Source: an uncultured Lachnospiraceae bacterium (GTDB lineage: Bacteria > Bacillota > Clostridia > Lachnospirales > Lachnospiraceae). Taken from it: a stretch of DNA of 62,237 nt. Location of the stretch: NCBI GenBank assembly GCA_910584115.1, contig CAJTYN010000002.1, positions 1-62,237 of the forward strand, written 5' to 3'. The position numbers and the translations under genes were made by a program. Of this stretch, positions 36,156-46,767 are shown piece by piece (the stretch's first letter is position 1; the number at the start of each line of letters is the position of its first letter). Under the pieces are notes generated by a model, which was not told where the DNA came from, did not search any database, and worked only from the letters and a program-made list of their open reading frames with translations.

Positions 36156-39100
36156 ATGGAGAAGACATTATACGATGCCCGGTTTGAGCATGATAATTGC
36201 GGGATCGGGGCGGTAGTGAACATAAAAGGGATAAAGACCCATGAGACGGTGGCCAACGCATTGAAGATCGTTGAAAACCTGGAACATAGGGCTGGCAAAG
36301 ATGCCGAAGGAAAGACAGGGGACGGTGTTGGGATCCTACTTCAGATCTCACACAAGTTTTTTTCAAGAGCCTGTCAGTCCATCGGCATTTTTTTGGGCGA
36401 AGAAAGGGATTACGGCGTGGGGATGTTCTTCTTTCCCCAGGATGAGCTAAAGCGCAACCAGGCCAAGAAGATGTTCGAGGTGATCGTGGAGAAAGAGGGC
36501 TTAAAGTTCCTCGGATGGAGGGAAGTGCCCACGGCTCCCGGTGTGCTGGGCCACAGGGCGGTGGCTTGTATGCCTTGTATCATGCAGGGTTTCATCAAAC
36601 GGCCCAGAAGTCTTGAGAAGGGCCTGGAGTTTGACCGGAGGCTGTACATCATCCGCCGGATCTTCGAGCAGAGCAACGATGATACATATGTGTCGTCCCT
36701 GTCCAGCCGGACGATCGCCTACAAGGGGATGTTCCTGGTGGGACAGCTGCGGACATTTTATAAGGACCTGCAGAGCGCGGATTATGAGTCGGCCATCGCC
36801 ATGGTCCATTCCAGATTCAGCACCAACACGAACCCCAGCTGGGAGCGTGCCCACCCCAACCGTTTCATCGTACATAACGGGGAGATCAACACGATCCGGG
36901 GCAACGCGGACAAGATGCTGGCCCGGGAGGAGACGATGGACAACGGGGCGCTGGGAGATGAGCTGTATAAAGTGCTCCCGGTGGTGAACGCCACGGGATC
37001 GGACTCTGCCATGCTGGACAATACGCTGGAATTTCTCGTCATGAGCGGCATGCCCCTTCCCCTGGCGGTGATGATCACGATACCGGAACCCTGGGCCAAC
37101 AATAAGACCATGAGCCAGAAAAAACGGGATTTCTATCAATATCATGCCACGATGATGGAACCCTGGGACGGCCCGGCCTCCATCGTATTCAGCGACGGGG
37201 ATATCATGGGAGCCGTGCTGGACCGCAATGGGCTTCGGCCGTCCCGGTATTATGTGACGTCCGACGGCTATGTGATCCTGTCCTCGGAAGTGGGCGTCCT
37301 GGATATCGATTCGGCGAAGATCGTGGAGAAAGAACGGCTGCACCCGGGCAAGATGCTGCTGGTGGATACCGTTCAGGGCAAGATGATCTCCGATGACGAG
37401 TTGAAAGAATATTACGCGGGAAAACAGCCTTACGGGGAATGGCTGGACAGCCATCTGGTGACCTTGAAGGAATTGAAGATCCCCAATAAGCGGGTGCCCT
37501 CCTACACCCCCGAGGAGCGGGCAAAGCTGCAGAAGTCCTTTGGCTATGCCTATGAGGACTGCCGGACAACGATCCTCCATATGGCGGAGACAGGGGGCGA
37601 AGCGATCGCGGCTATGGGCGCGGATACGCCGATCCCGGTCCTGTCGGAAGGCCACGAGCCTCTGTTCCACTATTTTAAACAGCAGTTTGCCCAGGTGACG
37701 AACCCGCCGCTGGACGCGATCCGGGAGGAGATCGTCACGTCCACCACCATCTATGTGGGGGAAGATGGGAATCTCCTGGAAGAGAGGCCGGAAAACTGCA
37801 CGGTCCTGAAGGTGGAAAATCCGATCCTCACCAACACGGACCTTCTGAAGATCAAGAATATGAAGCGCAGGGAGTTCAAGATCGAGACGATCCCGATCCT
37901 CTTCTATAAGAACACCAGCCTGGAAAAAGCCATCGACCGTCTGTTCGTGGAAGTGGACCGGGCGCACAGGAATGGGGCGAAGGTACTGATCCTGTCCGAC
38001 CGGGGCGTGGACGAGAACCATGTGGCGATCCCATCCCTGCTGGCCGTATCGGCGGTGCATCAGCATCTGGTCAAGACGAAGAAGCGGACATCCCTGGCGG
38101 TCATCCTAGAATCCGGGGAGCCGCGGGAAGTCCATCATTTTGCCACGCTTTTAGGATACGGCGCCTGCGCTGTCAATCCGTATCTGGCCCAGGACACCAT
38201 CTGTGAGCTGATTGACACGGGTATCCTGGACAAAGACCCTTACGCGGCGGTGGAAGATTACAACAATGCCGTCCTCCACGGGATCGTGAAGATCGCGTCC
38301 AAGATGGGGATCTCTACGATCCAGTCCTACAGCGGATCCCAGATCTTCGAGGCGGTGGGGATCGCAAAAGACGTGGTGGACAGATATTTTACGAATACGG
38401 TCAGCCGGATCGGCGGCATCACGCTGGAGGATATCGAGCGGGAAGCGGATCAGCTCCATTCGGCGGCTTTCGACCCGCTGGGCCTGGAGACGGATCTGTC
38501 CCTGGACAGCAGGGGCCGTCATAAGATGCGCAGCGGCGGGGAAAAGCACCTGTATGACCCCCGGACCATCCATCTGCTCCAGGAGTCCACGAAGCAGGGC
38601 GATTACGCCATGTTCAAAGAGTACACGAAACTCCTGGAGGCAGAAGAAGAGCAATGCCTCCTAAGGGACCTGATGGAACTGCGATATCCCGAGAAGGGAG
38701 TCCCGCTGGAGGAAGTGGAGAGTGTGGAGTCCATCGTAAAAAGGTTCAAGACCGGAGCCATGTCCTACGGATCCATCTCCCAGGAGGCCCATGAGACGCT
38801 GGCCATCGCCATGAACCGTATCCACGGGAAATCCAACACCGGAGAGGGGGGCGAGAGTCTGGACCGGCTCACCGTCGGACCGGACGGGCAGGACCGCTGT
38901 TCGGCGATCAAACAGGTGGCTTCCGGGCGTTTCGGCGTCACCTCCAGGTATCTGACCAGCGCCAAGGAGATCCAGATCAAGATGGCCCAGGGCGCAAAAC
39001 CGGGAGAAGGCGGCCATCTGCCCGGCGGGAAAGTCTATCCATGGATCGCCACCACCCGGCACTCCACGCCGGGAGTCAGCCTGATCTCGCCGCCGCCCCA

Positions 39101-40691
39101 TCACGATATCTATTCCATCGAGGATCTGGCGCAGCTGATCTACGACTTAAAGAACGCCAACCCCGATGCCCAGATCTCGGTCAAACTGGTGGCGGAGGCC
39201 GGTGTGGGTACGGTGGCGGCCGGTGTGGCAAAAGCCGGGGCGCAGGTGATCTTGATCTCCGGATACGATGGCGGGACCGGGGCCGCGCCGGGCAGCTCGA
39301 TCTATAATGCGGGACTTCCCTGGGAACTGGGCCTCTCGGAGACGCACCAGACCCTGATCATGAACGGGCTGCGCAACAAAGTGCGCATCGAGACGGACGG
39401 AAAGCTGATGACCGGCAAGCACGTGGCCATAGCCGCCATGCTGGGCGCGGAAGAATTTGGCTTTGCCACGGCGCCATTGATCACCATGGGCTGCGTGATG
39501 ATGCGCGTCTGCAATCTGGACACCTGCCCGGTGGGTGTGGCTACCCAGAACCCGGAACTGAGGAAGCGTTTCCGCGGAAGACCGGAATATGTGGTGAATT
39601 TCATGCATTTCATCGCCCAGGAGCTGCGGGAATATATGGCGAAGCTGGGCGTGCGCACCGTAGACGAGCTGGTGGGCCGGACAGACCTCCTGTGCGCCAG
39701 GACGGATATCCGAGCGCAGAAAGCGAAGAAGGTGGATCTCTCCAATATCCTGTCCAATCCCTACGCGGCCACGGAGCAGAAAGTGGTCTTCGACCCGAAA
39801 CAAGTCTACGATTTTGAGCTGGATAAAAAAGCCGACCGGACGATCCTGCTGAAAAAATTCAAGGACGCCCTGGAAAATGGCCAGAAGCGCAGCGTGGAGC
39901 TGGATGTGGGCAACACGGATCGGACCTTTGGGACCATGTTCGGCGCGGAGATCACCAAGCGATACGGCGATGCCCTGGAAGAAGATACATTTGCCGTCAA
40001 ATGCCACGGCGCCGGGGGACAGAGCTTCGGGGCGTTCATCCCGAAGGGGCTGACCTTAGAGCTGGTGGGCGACAGCAACGATTATTTCGGAAAAGGATTA
40101 TCCGGCGGCAAGCTGGTGGTCTATCCGCCCAGGGGGAGCCGTTTCCGCCAGGACGAGAACATCATCGTGGGAAATGTGGCCCTCTACGGGGCGACCAGCG
40201 GAAAAGCCTACATCAACGGCGTGGCAGGCGAGCGGTTCTGCGTGCGCAACTCCGGCGCGATTTCTGTGGTGGAAGGCGTGGGCGACCACGGCTGCGAATA
40301 CATGACAGGCGGCCGGGTGGTGATCTTAGGCAACGTGGGCAAGAATTTTGCCGCGGGTATGAGCGGCGGGATCGCGTATGTGCTGGATGAGCGCAATGAT
40401 CTCTACACCAAGACGAATAAAGATATGGTCTCCATCGAGAAAGTGACGTCCAAATACGATGTGCAGGAATTAAAGACCATGATCCAGGACCACGTGTCCT
40501 ATACGAATTCGGTCAAAGGAAAACAGGTCCTGGACAGATTTGAGGAGTATCTGCCCAAGTTCAAGAAGATCATCCCCGACGACTACAACAGGATGCTCTC
40601 GGCCATCGTGAAGATGGAGGAAAAGGGTCTGAGCTCCCAGCAGGCACAGATCGAAGCGTTTTATGCGTACAAGCAGGATGAGGAGGGATAA
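36156..40691 (+). CDS. gltB: Glutamate synthase large subunit
   Basis: EHDNCGIG, HSRFSTNT, EPWDGPA, FAQVTNPP, QVASGRFGV, AQGAKPGEGG, CNLDTCPVG and GDHGCEYMTGG motifs. Confidence 0.97.
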   Translation: MEKTLYDARFEHDNCGIGAVVNIKGIKTHETVANALKIVENLEHRAGKDAEGKTGDGVGILLQISHKFFSRACQSIGIFLGEERDYGVGMFFFPQDELKRNQAKKMFEVIVEKEGLKFLGWREVPTAPGVLGHRAVACMPCIMQGFIKRPRSLEKGLEFDRRLYIIRRIFEQSNDDTYVSSLSSRTIAYKGMFLVGQLRTFYKDLQSADYESAIAMVHSRFSTNTNPSWERAHPNRFIVHNGEINTIRGNADKMLAREETMDNGALGDELYKVLPVVNATGSDSAMLDNTLEFLVMSGMPLPLAVMITIPEPWANNKTMSQKKRDFYQYHATMMEPWDGPASIVFSDGDIMGAVLDRNGLRPSRYYVTSDGYVILSSEVGVLDIDSAKIVEKERLHPGKMLLVDTVQGKMISDDELKEYYAGKQPYGEWLDSHLVTLKELKIPNKRVPSYTPEERAKLQKSFGYAYEDCRTTILHMAETGGEAIAAMGADTPIPVLSEGHEPLFHYFKQQFAQVTNPPLDAIREEIVTSTTIYVGEDGNLLEERPENCTVLKVENPILTNTDLLKIKNMKRREFKIETIPILFYKNTSLEKAIDRLFVEVDRAHRNGAKVLILSDRGVDENHVAIPSLLAVSAVHQHLVKTKKRTSLAVILESGEPREVHHFATLLGYGACAVNPYLAQDTICELIDTGILDKDPYAAVEDYNNAVLHGIVKIASKMGISTIQSYSGSQIFEAVGIAKDVVDRYFTNTVSRIGGITLEDIEREADQLHSAAFDPLGLETDLSLDSRGRHKMRSGGEKHLYDPRTIHLLQESTKQGDYAMFKEYTKLLEAEEEQCLLRDLMELRYPEKGVPLEEVESVESIVKRFKTGAMSYGSISQEAHETLAIAMNRIHGKSNTGEGGESLDRLTVGPDGQDRCSAIKQVASGRFGVTSRYLTSAKEIQIKMAQGAKPGEGGHLPGGKVYPWIATTRHSTPGVSLISPPPHHDIYSIEDLAQLIYDLKNANPDAQISVKLVAEAGVGTVAAGVAKAGAQVILISGYDGGTGAAPGSSIYNAGLPWELGLSETHQTLIMNGLRNKVRIETDGKLMTGKHVAIAAMLGAEEFGFATAPLITMGCVMMRVCNLDTCPVGVATQNPELRKRFRGRPEYVVNFMHFIAQELREYMAKLGVRTVDELVGRTDLLCARTDIRAQKAKKVDLSNILSNPYAATEQKVVFDPKQVYDFELDKKADRTILLKKFKDALENGQKRSVELDVGNTDRTFGTMFGAEITKRYGDALEEDTFAVKCHGAGGQSFGAFIPKGLTLELVGDSNDYFGKGLSGGKLVVYPPRGSRFRQDENIIVGNVALYGATSGKAYINGVAGERFCVRNSGAISVVEGVGDHGCEYMTGGRVVILGNVGKNFAAGMSGGIAYVLDERNDLYTKTNKDMVSIEKVTSKYDVQELKTMIQDHVSYTNSVKGKQVLDRFEEYLPKFKKIIPDDYNRMLSAIVKMEEKGLSSQQAQIEAFYAYKQDEEG

Positions 40692-40694
40692 AAA

Positions 40695-42188
40695 GTGGGA
40701 AGACCAACGGGATTTTTAGAATATGAGCGCGTAGTCAGCGCGGCGGAAGAGCCGAAGACGAGGATCAGGCATTTTAAGGAATTCCATGCCCATCTCCCTT
40801 TAGAAGAACAGAAGCTCCAGGGCGCCCGGTGCATGTCCTGCGGCGTGCCTTTTTGCCAGTCGGGGATGATGATCGGCGGGATGGCCTCCGGCTGCCCGCT
40901 GCACAACCTGGTGCCGGAATGGAACGACGCCGTCTACCACGAGAACTGGGAACAGGCGTACCAGCGGCTGAAAAAGACCAACAATTTTCCGGAATTTACC
41001 TCCCGGGTCTGCCCGGCTCTCTGCGAGGCCGCCTGTATCTGCAACCTGAACGGGGACCCGGTCTCCACCCGCGAAAATGAATATGCGGTCATCGAGACGG
41101 CATATGAGAGGGGGTATGCGGCCCCCCACCCGCCGAAAGTGCGCACCGGGAAAAAAGTGGCTGTCGTGGGCAGCGGCCCCTCCGGCCTGGCGGCGGCCGA
41201 CCAGCTCAACAAACGGGGCCATGAGGTGACCGTCTTCGAGCGGGAGGATAGGATCGGCGGGCTGCTCCGCTACGGCATCCCCAACATGAAGCTGGAAAAG
41301 CAGGTGATCGACCGGAAGATCCAGGTCATGGAGGAGGAAGGGATCCGATTCGTCACAGGCGCGGACGTGGGGAAGAGCCACAAGGCCGCGGATCTGTTAA
41401 AAGGATTTGACCGGGTGATCTTAGCTTGCGGCGCATCTGAGCCTCGGGACCTGAAACTGCCGGGGCGGGATGCCAAGGGGATCCATTTTGCCGTGGATTT
41501 CCTGAAGTCTGTCACCAAGAGCCTGCTGGATTCAGACCTGAAGGATCAAAAATACATCCCTGTCAAAGGAAAACGGGTGGTGGTCATCGGCGGCGGCGAC
41601 ACGGGAAACGACTGCACGGGGACGGCCCTCCGGCTGGGGGCAAAAAATGTGATCCAGATCGAGATGATGCCAAAAGCCCCGGATACTCGGGCGGCTGATA
41701 ATCCCTGGCCCCAATGGCCCCGGATCTGCAAGACGGATTACGGCCAGGAAGAGGCGATCGCCCTCTTCGGCAAGGACCCGAGAGTCTACCAGACCACGGT
41801 CACAGAATTTGTGAAAAATAAAAAAGGCGAGCTGTGCCAGATCAAGACCGTCCGGCTGGAGCCGAAACCGGACGCGGATACCGGCCGGATCAGCATGGTC
41901 CCCATAAAAGGGACGGAACAGGTGATGGACGCAGATGTGGTCCTGATCGCGGCGGGCTTTATGGGCTGCCAGGATTATGTGGCAAAGGCTTTCCGGGTCA
42001 ACGTAGACGGGCGCACGAATGTAGCCACTGAGCCGGGCGGCTATGAGACGAATGTGCCGAAAGTATTTACGGCAGGGGACATGCACCGGGGCCAGTCGCT
42101 GGTGGTCTGGGCCATCCGGGAAGGCCGGGAGGCGGCCAGGGCCGTGGATGAGAGCCTGATGGGCTATACGAATCTGTCCGTACAGTAG
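40695..42188 (+). CDS. gltD: Glutamate synthase small subunit
   Basis: RCMSCGVPFC, NNFPEFT, GSGPSGLAAA, GGGDTGNDC and AGDMHRGQSLVVWAI motifs. Confidence 0.96.
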   Translation: MGRPTGFLEYERVVSAAEEPKTRIRHFKEFHAHLPLEEQKLQGARCMSCGVPFCQSGMMIGGMASGCPLHNLVPEWNDAVYHENWEQAYQRLKKTNNFPEFTSRVCPALCEAACICNLNGDPVSTRENEYAVIETAYERGYAAPHPPKVRTGKKVAVVGSGPSGLAAADQLNKRGHEVTVFEREDRIGGLLRYGIPNMKLEKQVIDRKIQVMEEEGIRFVTGADVGKSHKAADLLKGFDRVILACGASEPRDLKLPGRDAKGIHFAVDFLKSVTKSLLDSDLKDQKYIPVKGKRVVVIGGGDTGNDCTGTALRLGAKNVIQIEMMPKAPDTRAADNPWPQWPRICKTDYGQEEAIALFGKDPRVYQTTVTEFVKNKKGELCQIKTVRLEPKPDADTGRISMVPIKGTEQVMDADVVLIAAGFMGCQDYVAKAFRVNVDGRTNVATEPGGYETNVPKVFTAGDMHRGQSLVVWAIREGREAARAVDESLMGYTNLSVQ

Positions 42189-42272
42189 ATTCTTGTTGTC
42201 ATTTTCGCGCTGTCGTAGTAAAATAAGATCTGCATATCTTATGAACATATATGATAAGATCTGGAGGTTTTA

Positions 42273-42995
42273 ATGGACGACAAGATACAGCAATATCGAT
42301 ATGGCTTAAGAGACGGCGTGCCGATCGGGCTGGGGTACCTGGCTGTTTCCTTTACATTCGGGATCATGGCTGGGCAGGCCGGGATCGGTGTGCTGGCGGC
42401 GGTGATCATGTCTCTGACGAATCTGACGAGCGCGGGCCAGTTTGCCGCGCTGGGCGTGATCCAGAGCGGCGCGCCTTTTATGGAGATGGCGGCCGTGCAG
42501 TTCATCATCAATCTGCGGTACTGCCTGATGTCCTGTTCTCTCTCCCAGAAGATGGCGCCGGACATGCCCTTTTTTCACCGGTTTTTGATCTCTTACGGGG
42601 TCACGGATGAGGTCTTCGGCGTGTCGGCCTGCCGGGAGGGAAATTTAAGCCCCTATTATGCTTACGGGCTGATCAGTGTCGCTGTCCCGGGGTGGACTTT
42701 TGGGACGCTTCTTGGGGCTGTCTCCGGCGACCTTTTGCCGGCGCGTCTCTTGAGCGCTCTGAGCGTGGCCCTCTATGGGATGTTCCTGGCGATCGTCATA
42801 CCGCCGGCCAGGGGCAGCCGGGTCCTGGCCGGGGTGGTGGCCGTTTCTATGGCGGCGAGTTTCTTATTTTCGGTCATACCGCTCCTTGGCGGGGTGACTT
42901 CCGGTTTTAAGGTCATCATCCTGACGGTGCTGATCGCCGGCGGGGCGGCGTACTTTTTTCCGGTGGAGGATGAGCAGAGAGGAGGCGCAGGATGA
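42273..42995 (+). CDS. azlC: AzlC family branched-chain amino acid exporter
   Basis: PIGLGY, SAGQF, INLRY, TDEVF and ALYGMFLA motifs. Confidence 0.9.
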   Translation: MDDKIQQYRYGLRDGVPIGLGYLAVSFTFGIMAGQAGIGVLAAVIMSLTNLTSAGQFAALGVIQSGAPFMEMAAVQFIINLRYCLMSCSLSQKMAPDMPFFHRFLISYGVTDEVFGVSACREGNLSPYYAYGLISVAVPGWTFGTLLGAVSGDLLPARLLSALSVALYGMFLAIVIPPARGSRVLAGVVAVSMAASFLFSVIPLLGGVTSGFKVIILTVLIAGGAAYFFPVEDEQRGGAG

Positions 42996-43306
42996 ACCGT
43001 TCGGTCTATCTGTATATCCTGGTGATGGCAGGCGTGACCTACCTGATCCGTATGCTGCCGCTGACACTGATCCGAAAAGAGATCAAAAATACATATGTGC
43101 GGTCGTTTTTGTATTATGTTCCGTATGTGACGCTCTCGGTCATGATCTTCCCGGCCATCCTCTCGGCGACCTCATCGGTCTGGTCCGGCGGGGCGGCGCT
43201 GGCGGTGGCGGCTTTTTTGGCATATCGGGGCAAGAGCCTGTTCCAGGTCTCTACGGCGGCCTGTGCGGCGGTGTTTGTGTTGGAATGGCTGATGGATCTG
43301 TTATGA
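42992..43306 (+). CDS. azlD: AzlD domain protein
   Basis: MAGVTYLIRMLP and FLYYVPY; 4-nt overlap with azlC. Confidence 0.88.
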   Translation: MNRSVYLYILVMAGVTYLIRMLPLTLIRKEIKNTYVRSFLYYVPYVTLSVMIFPAILSATSSVWSGGAALAVAAFLAYRGKSLFQVSTAACAAVFVLEWLMDLL

Positions 43307-43380
43307 TCCGCGGCAGGATGGTAAGGCAGGGTCTTGTGAAGGGGATCCTGCCTTTTTAGAGGGTGTTTTTGGAGGTCTTT

Positions 43381-44187
43381 ATGCTCTTTCATACAAAGAA
43401 CGGAAATGTCTGTGTCGGCGATATGAACATGGACTATGTTTCTTTCGGCAGAGGCGAGGATGTGGTGGTCATGCTCCCAGGCTTGGGCGACGGCCTGCGG
43501 ACGGTGAGAGGCATGGCGCTCCCGCTCGCCATGCTCTATAGGATATATGCAAAAGATCATTCGGTCTTTATCTTCAGCCGGAGAAATGATCTTCCCGAGG
43601 GCCATTCTACGCGGGATATGGCTGAAGATCAGGCGAGAGCGATGGAAGTTCTCGGTATCACAGACGCCGATGTCATAGGTATATCCCAAGGAGGGATGAT
43701 CGCGCAGTATCTTGCGATCGATCACCCAAGAGCCGTCAGGAAACTCGTGCTGGCTGTCACGCTCTCAGAACAGAATGAGGTGATCCAGCAAGTGGTGAGC
43801 GGCTGGATCTCCATGGCCAGACGCGGGGATTATGGATTGCTGATGATCGACACGGCAGAAAAGTCTTATTCGGAGAGATATCTAAAAAGATACAGATGCC
43901 TGTACCCTCTTCTGGGCCGTATGGGAAAGCCAAAAGATCTTAAGAGATTCCTCATCCAAGCAGATTCCTGCATCCATCATAACGCCGGCGCGGAGTTAGA
44001 GAAGATCATGTGTCCGACGCTGATCATCGGCGGCGCGTGTGATAAGATCGTCGGGGGGAGCGCGGCGCCTGACCTGGCAGAGAAGATCAGCCAGAGCGAG
44101 CTGTTCATCTATGACGGCCTTGGCCATGCCGCATATGAAGAGGCCAGAGACTTTCATGAACGGGTGCTGCGTTTTTTGGAAAGATAG
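43381..44187 (+). CDS. Alpha/beta hydrolase
   Basis: LPGLGDG, nucleophile elbow GISQGG, PTLIIGG..DKIV and GLGHAAY. Confidence 0.9.
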   Translation: MLFHTKNGNVCVGDMNMDYVSFGRGEDVVVMLPGLGDGLRTVRGMALPLAMLYRIYAKDHSVFIFSRRNDLPEGHSTRDMAEDQARAMEVLGITDADVIGISQGGMIAQYLAIDHPRAVRKLVLAVTLSEQNEVIQQVVSGWISMARRGDYGLLMIDTAEKSYSERYLKRYRCLYPLLGRMGKPKDLKRFLIQADSCIHHNAGAELEKIMCPTLIIGGACDKIVGGSAAPDLAEKISQSELFIYDGLGHAAYEEARDFHERVLRFLER

Positions 44188-44212
44188 ACATTATAGTTTT
44201 TTAGAAGATCGG

Positions 44213-45106
44213 TCATTCCTTATGCGCGATGAGCAGCGTCCGCAGCTTGCGGGCGGCGACGGAGAGCGGGTACTGTTCATTTTCGATGAGGCATATCTCC
44301 CGGACGGGGAGCTGTTCGGTCAGGGAGAGCCGGAACACCTCGCCTTTATCCAGAGCATCCCGGGCAAAGATCTTTGGCACATAGCCGATGCCTAAGTCGT
44401 TTTTTATCATGGGGAGGATCTGGTCGGTGGTTGCGGCCTGCAGTTCGGGGTACAATGTCCGGCCGTGGCGGCGGTAAAAGTCTTCGTAGGTCCGAAAGGT
44501 CATCGTACCTTCGCCCAGGCAGATGAGCGGGCGGGCGGAGATCTCCTCAAGGGTCAGGGGCTTTTCGCGGAAAACCCGGCAGGAGGGGCCTCCCACCAGG
44601 ATGTCCCGGAAGCGGAGGAGGGGGCGCGCCTGCAGGGGTTTTTCGATATCCGGCGGCGATACCACCACGGCCAGGTCGACTTCCCCCCGTTTTGCCGAGT
44701 CCATGGCCTGGGTGGTCAGGTGGTTCAGGATGCGGATGCGGATCTTCGGGTGGTCTTCTCTGAACTGGCGCAGGACCGGGAGCAGGAGCATGTGCAGCGC
44801 TGTCTCTGTGGCGCCGATCGTCACGCATCCGTCCTGCATGCTGGCCGAGGCGAGGATCTCATTTTCGGCGGCCTGGATCCGCTCCACGGCGGCTCTGACG
44901 TGGGTGTAGAGCCGTTCGCCTTCCGGGGTCAGGGTGATCCCCCGGTTGGAACGGATGAGCAGGCGGCAGCCCAGGGCGTTTTCCAGGAGCTTGATCGTCC
45001 TGGAGATGTTGGGCTGGCTGTTGTGCAGGATATGGGCGGCCTGGGTCAGGTTTTTGTATTTGGCGGCGTAATAGAAGATCCGGTAGTATTCATAGTTGAT
45101 GTTCAT
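44213..45106 (-). CDS. LysR family transcriptional regulator
   Basis: NLTQAAHILHNSQPNISRTIKLLE and RSNRGITLTPEG; divergent from a MATE gene. Confidence 0.93.
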   Translation of the reverse strand: MNINYEYYRIFYYAAKYKNLTQAAHILHNSQPNISRTIKLLENALGCRLLIRSNRGITLTPEGERLYTHVRAAVERIQAAENEILASASMQDGCVTIGATETALHMLLLPVLRQFREDHPKIRIRILNHLTTQAMDSAKRGEVDLAVVVSPPDIEKPLQARPLLRFRDILVGGPSCRVFREKPLTLEEISARPLICLGEGTMTFRTYEDFYRRHGRTLYPELQAATTDQILPMIKNDLGIGYVPKIFARDALDKGEVFRLSLTEQLPVREICLIENEQYPLSVAARKLRTLLIAHKE

Positions 45107-45241
45107 GATGCGTCACTCCTGTCATATCAGATACATATAGATACGATATCATATATATATTTTTCATATTTCTTAAAAAAGAGTATAATATCTGGAGCAT
45201 GGAAAATCAATAGGACATCTATCTTACAGGAGGTTACAAGA

Positions 45242-46582
45242 TTGGATAAAAACAGAAATAAAGATCTGACCGTGGGAAAGCCGGAGACGGTCTTGTGGCG
45301 ATTCTGCCTGCCGCTCTTTGGCAGCATCATCTTTCAGCAGATCTACAACATCGCGGACAGCTTAGTGGCGGGGAGATTTATCGGGGAAAACGCTCTGGCG
45401 GCCGTGGGGAACAGCTACGAGATCACGCTGATTTTCATCGCGTTTGCTTTCGGGTGCAATATCGGGTGTTCGGTCATCGTCGCCCAGTTCTTCGGCGCGA
45501 AGAAATATGGCGACCTGAAAACGTCTGTCTACACCACATTGATCGCCAGCGGGGTCCTGTGCGCGGCATTGATGCTGTCCGGCCTCCTCGGGAGCGGCGG
45601 GCTTTTGCGTATGATCCATACGCCGGGGGAGATCTGGGCGGATTCGAAGCTGTATCTGGATATCTATATCCTGGGACTGCCGTTCTTGTTTTTTTACAAT
45701 ATCGCCACGGGGATCTTCTCAGCCCTGGGGGACTCGAAGACGCCGTTTCTCTTCCTGGCAGTCTCATCCACGTCTAATATCGCGGTGGACATCCTGTTCG
45801 TGGCGGGGCTTGAGATGGGTGTGGCGGGCGTCGCCTGGGCGACTTTTCTGTGCCAGGGGGTCAGCTGTGTGCTGGCAGTCCTGACAGTGTTAAAAAGGCT
45901 TGCCAAGATCCGAACGGACGGGCGGGAGCGGGTGGCTGTGTTTTCTTTCCCGATCTTCAAGAAGATCGCGCAGATCGCCGTCCCCAGCATCCTGCAGCAG
46001 AGCTTTATCTCTGTGGGAAATATCATCATCCAGAGCGTGATCAATGACTGCGGCGTGGGCGTGACCGCCGGTTATTCCGCGGCTGTCAAGCTCAATAACC
46101 TGGTGATCACCTCATTTACCACCTTGGGAAACGGGATGTCCAATTATACGGCGCAGAACATCGGGGCCGGGAACTGGCCCAGGGTGCGGGCGGGCTTTAA
46201 GGCGGGGGTCAAGATGATCTGGACGCTGTGTGTACCGATCGTGGCGGTGTATCTGCTCTGCGCGAAGGTCTTAGTGACGTTCTTCATCAACGATCCTTCA
46301 GAGCTGGCGCTGTCCTCCGGAGTGCAGTTCCTCTATATCGTGACGCCGTTTTATCTCGTCGTATCGCTGAAATTGGTCGCCGACGGCATCCTGCGGGGAG
46401 CCGGGCTGATGAAGAGATTCATGGCGGCGACATTTACGGATCTTATCCTGCGCGTGGCGATCGCCGGGATACTCGCGGGGCCGATGGGGTATCTGGGTAT
46501 CTGGTGGGCCTGGCCGGTGGGATGGACGGTGGCCATGGTCATGTCCGTCTGTTTTTACATCAAAGCTCCCGCCGCCGGATAG
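45242..46582 (+). CDS. MATE family efflux transporter
   Basis: DLTVGKP, FQQIYNIADS, ALGDSKTP and AQNIGA motifs; TTG start after AGGAGG. The longer ORF from 44465 is antisense to lysR. Confidence 0.92.
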   Translation: MDKNRNKDLTVGKPETVLWRFCLPLFGSIIFQQIYNIADSLVAGRFIGENALAAVGNSYEITLIFIAFAFGCNIGCSVIVAQFFGAKKYGDLKTSVYTTLIASGVLCAALMLSGLLGSGGLLRMIHTPGEIWADSKLYLDIYILGLPFLFFYNIATGIFSALGDSKTPFLFLAVSSTSNIAVDILFVAGLEMGVAGVAWATFLCQGVSCVLAVLTVLKRLAKIRTDGRERVAVFSFPIFKKIAQIAVPSILQQSFISVGNIIIQSVINDCGVGVTAGYSAAVKLNNLVITSFTTLGNGMSNYTAQNIGAGNWPRVRAGFKAGVKMIWTLCVPIVAVYLLCAKVLVTFFINDPSELALSSGVQFLYIVTPFYLVVSLKLVADGILRGAGLMKRFMAATFTDLILRVAIAGILAGPMGYLGIWWAWPVGWTVAMVMSVCFYIKAPAAG

Positions 46583-46767
46583 GCGGCATGTATTCAGGGA
46601 TGCCCAATGCGCCCGTCAGAACTTTATGTGCGGTGGAGCGTCCGCTGCCGGGCGCATGCGGGTTTACAGGAAATCTTTCAAGTGACATCTGAAAAATATT
46701 TTACATCCGGACCGATCAGTGGTATGATAAATAGAAATCTTTCAAAGATCAAGGAGGAAAGTGACTG

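Noticed and set aside
36501..40007. Long antisense ORFs (521 aa, 286 aa and others) opposite gltB
   Set aside because: Shadow ORFs caused by GC-rich codon bias on the sense strand; no motifs or RBS. The same applies to those opposite the MBOAT gene, paaK, ppk2, the kinase and holA.
44465..45241. 705-aa ORF suggesting an N-terminally extended MATE
   Set aside because: The extension is antisense to lysR and crosses the divergent promoter region; the real start is TTG 45242 after AGGAGG.
19108..46582. Three MATE transporters in one window as a resistance island
   Set aside because: They are dispersed, diverged and host-like in composition; MATE expansion is ordinary in gut clostridia.
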